Source of the DNA: Lama glama
Taxonomy: Eukaryota
Assembly (NCBI GenBank): GCA_028534125.1
Contig: CM052817.1
Coordinates: 25,050,001 to 25,114,000 of the forward strand
Length of the DNA: 64,000 nucleotides
Direction of reading: 5' to 3'
Shown here: positions 61,671 through 64,000 of the stretch, one piece after another
Numbering within the stretch: position 1 is the stretch's first letter
Layout of the letters: the number at the start of each line of letters is the position of its first letter
The notes under the pieces: generated by a model
The model's database searches: none
What the model was told of the DNA's origin: nothing
What the model saw: the letters and a program-made list of their open reading frames with translations, nothing else
Program-made: the position numbers and the translations under genes

Positions 61671-62309
61671 CAGGCAACACAGGACAGCTGCTCTGAAGGA
61701 CTTTCAGGCAAAGGCCGAGCAGCTAGATTTCGGGCCTCTCTTGGTCATTATATTAATTAAGGAGATGACCTCAGAGTGACCCAGAGAAATAGCTTGATAA
61801 TGAACCATGGCTTCAGCAGAATACACCAGAAGAATTTCCCACCTGGATCGAGTTTCACGGGTGTGATTTTCGAACCAGGAAATCAGGTTGGTTCCCCAGG
61901 AGAACTGTCTCAGCTGCAGAACTCGGGAAGCATCTGACCAGCGCAGACTGGCCCGGCTTCAGCTGTGCATTGTTGTGGAAAGTATCCATTTACATGTGGG
62001 TGTATCCGAGCCTTCTCCTGAAACCAGTCTGTCTCTGTGCAGTTCTGAAACCCTGAACTCACAAAGTTGCCCCCAAATTAAGTCTTCTCCAATAAAAATG
62101 AGATTGGCAATGGTTCCTGTTTTGAAGCTTACTTTATGGCAGTTAATTTAATAAGCACTTCACATACAATCATTCATTTATGCCTTGACACCATCGGGAG
62201 AGGTAATGAAACCCATTTTACAGACAAGTAAATTTGGGTTTAGGGAAACCTAGTGCTGGCTCCTTCAGCCAGTAGTTAGTATAAACTTAGATCTGTCTGA
62301 CTTCTAAAT

Positions 62310-62405
62310 CCGTCTGTCTGTCTATCTGTCTGGCTAGCTTATCTATCCACCCAGCAATCAGTTATCCCTCTCTATCATCTATCTGTCTATCATCTATTTA
62401 TCTGA
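62310..62405. repeat. (TCTA/TCTG)n degenerate microsatellite
   Basis: gtctgtctgtctatctgtct...tctatcatctatctgtctatcatctatttatctg. Confidence 0.8.
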
Positions 62406-64000
62406 TATGTTAAATACAAGCTCTTCTGATCTACTAATTAAAGCAAGTTCCTTAGAGCCCTCTAGGGTCTAGGGAAATCTTCGTTAGCCTCACTGAGGCT
62501 TCTTCCTTGAACATACAGAGGTATATTCATGGCTGTATCTTTGCAGATACATACTACATAATACACAATGTGACTTTCTAAGGAACATGTTCTTCCTCAG
62601 CTGATGATCCACTCCTGTGTCAGCCACTCTTCCAGAGTCCCTGGAGAAAGAGTTTTGTGCCGTACCCTCTCACGTGAAGGGACTACCAGACAATGCCACC
62701 CTGCACCCCGAGCTCCCTCCGCTGGCCTGGGAAAAGCTAGCTGGTCAGAATGGCCTCACTTTTCAATGGGAAGCTGCTGGACCAGAGAGGAAGTGTCAGA
62801 ACAAGATCGCTTTGACCTGGCCTCCAGAAGGAGCAGGAAAGCAAATGCTGTCTTCCCAGAGGAAATGCATCACCAGCATATCAGAGGAGGGAGGGGATTT
62901 GATTCTCCAGTTCCTAACCGGAGAAGACAGCTCCTGCTCAAGTGGTGGCTGTGGAGGTTTCCTTGTGAATACAGTTCTTGGAGTCAGCGGGGGAGCCGGG
63001 GTGGATAAGTGAGAGTTCCCACTCCCAGCATGTTTGTTTCCCCACAAAATACAGTTTATTTCCTCCACAGTCCTATTGTAGCTCAACTCAGATGAATACA
63101 ATTTTCTCTGTTATAGGGGGTCCATAGAGAATCTACTTCATTAGATGAAGTGGGTTTTAATTAGTCAATTAGGGAACGAGTTCTTCTTCAAGACTTAAAA
63201 ACTGTTTGTCAGATTATCTCAAGGAGAATATGGTTGGCTTTATTTATTTAGTAACTTAAAAAGAAAGTCACTTCCTGTTTATATTATTAGAAATTAATTC
63301 CATCTTAAATGTCAGTGAGGTTTAGAGATTAAGAGAGAGGAAAACACAATGCTTCTCTTCGGCACATCAATCATTTTGTTAAGATAAAAATGAATCAAGC
63401 TAGTATAACAAAATATGGAATTGTGACAATTTGTTAGGGGAAATAGGTATATTGAAAGACATCTCACATCCTTAAACAGCAGCACATGGAGTTGAAGAGA
63501 TGCTTGGGAGAGGGACCAAGTCTTATTTCTTCACCCTCAGCCCCGAGCATAGCATCACCATTATGGTCTGTGCTCCATCAGTGCATACTGATTGGAATTT
63601 AAATCCAGCACTCGGAGTCTCCTTTATTTGATTCTCTGTAATGAAAAGAGTCTGCTGCCTTTTTCATTCTCTGTCAGCACTAGCTCCCTCCTCAGAAGGA
63701 CCGCACGGGAGCCTAGGCTCAGGACCACCTCCAGAGGGGGCAGGGCAGGAGGAACAGAGAGCTCTATTTCTATGTGGACGGGGGAGAAGGGTCAGACCCT
63801 CAGCGGAGCTGCCGGGCGGACAACACTGAGTAGGAGCCCTTTTACTGAGCACCTGCTCCATGCACCAGGGTCTTGATTTATGAGTATTAGAAGCATGTCA
63901 GGAGCTTGACTTACTTATTATTTGCCTGATGCAGCACATCAGGAGCTCTATTTATTTATTATTCTTCCACTGGATCCTCAAAGGAGATTGTGAAACCGCT

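Noticed and set aside
370..63876. The many 60-215 aa ORFs in the track as independent genes
   Set aside because: Apart from those overlapping TBC1D1 exons or the proposed pseudo-exons, they have low-complexity or antisense-like composition, often non-ATG starts and no recognisable domain, as expected by chance in mammalian DNA.

Overview
Mammalian genomic DNA, probably a camelid: it carries a tRNA-Ala-derived Vic-1-type SINE and a cetartiodactyl-type L1 3' end, and I saw no Alu, B1, Bov or CAN SINEs. Bases 1 to ~28,680 are the 3' part of TBC1D1 (Rab-GAP, + strand). Five coding exons (8405-8649, 10031-10190, 16947-17116, 23307-23480, 26897-27097) have canonical GT-AG sites and consistent phases, followed by a ~1.6 kb 3' UTR with proximal and distal poly(A) signals. 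The rest looks like repeat-rich intergenic DNA (MIR, L2, L1, CR1, MER5/20/33, MER21, MLT1). However, the minus strand at ~30.7-54.3 kb holds a series of heavily decayed, mostly splice-site-flanked segments. Translated by hand, they give in the correct order Cache-like, EGF-like, TM1/2, TM3-TM4, TM5-TM7 and coiled-coil/acidic-tail pieces of a GPR158/GPR179/CG31760-type class C GPCR. I interpret this as an intron-containing (non-processed, possibly unitary) pseudogene lying tail-to-tail with TBC1D1. All protein and repeat comparisons were made by eye against recalled sequences, not by database search, and repeat boundaries are approximate.
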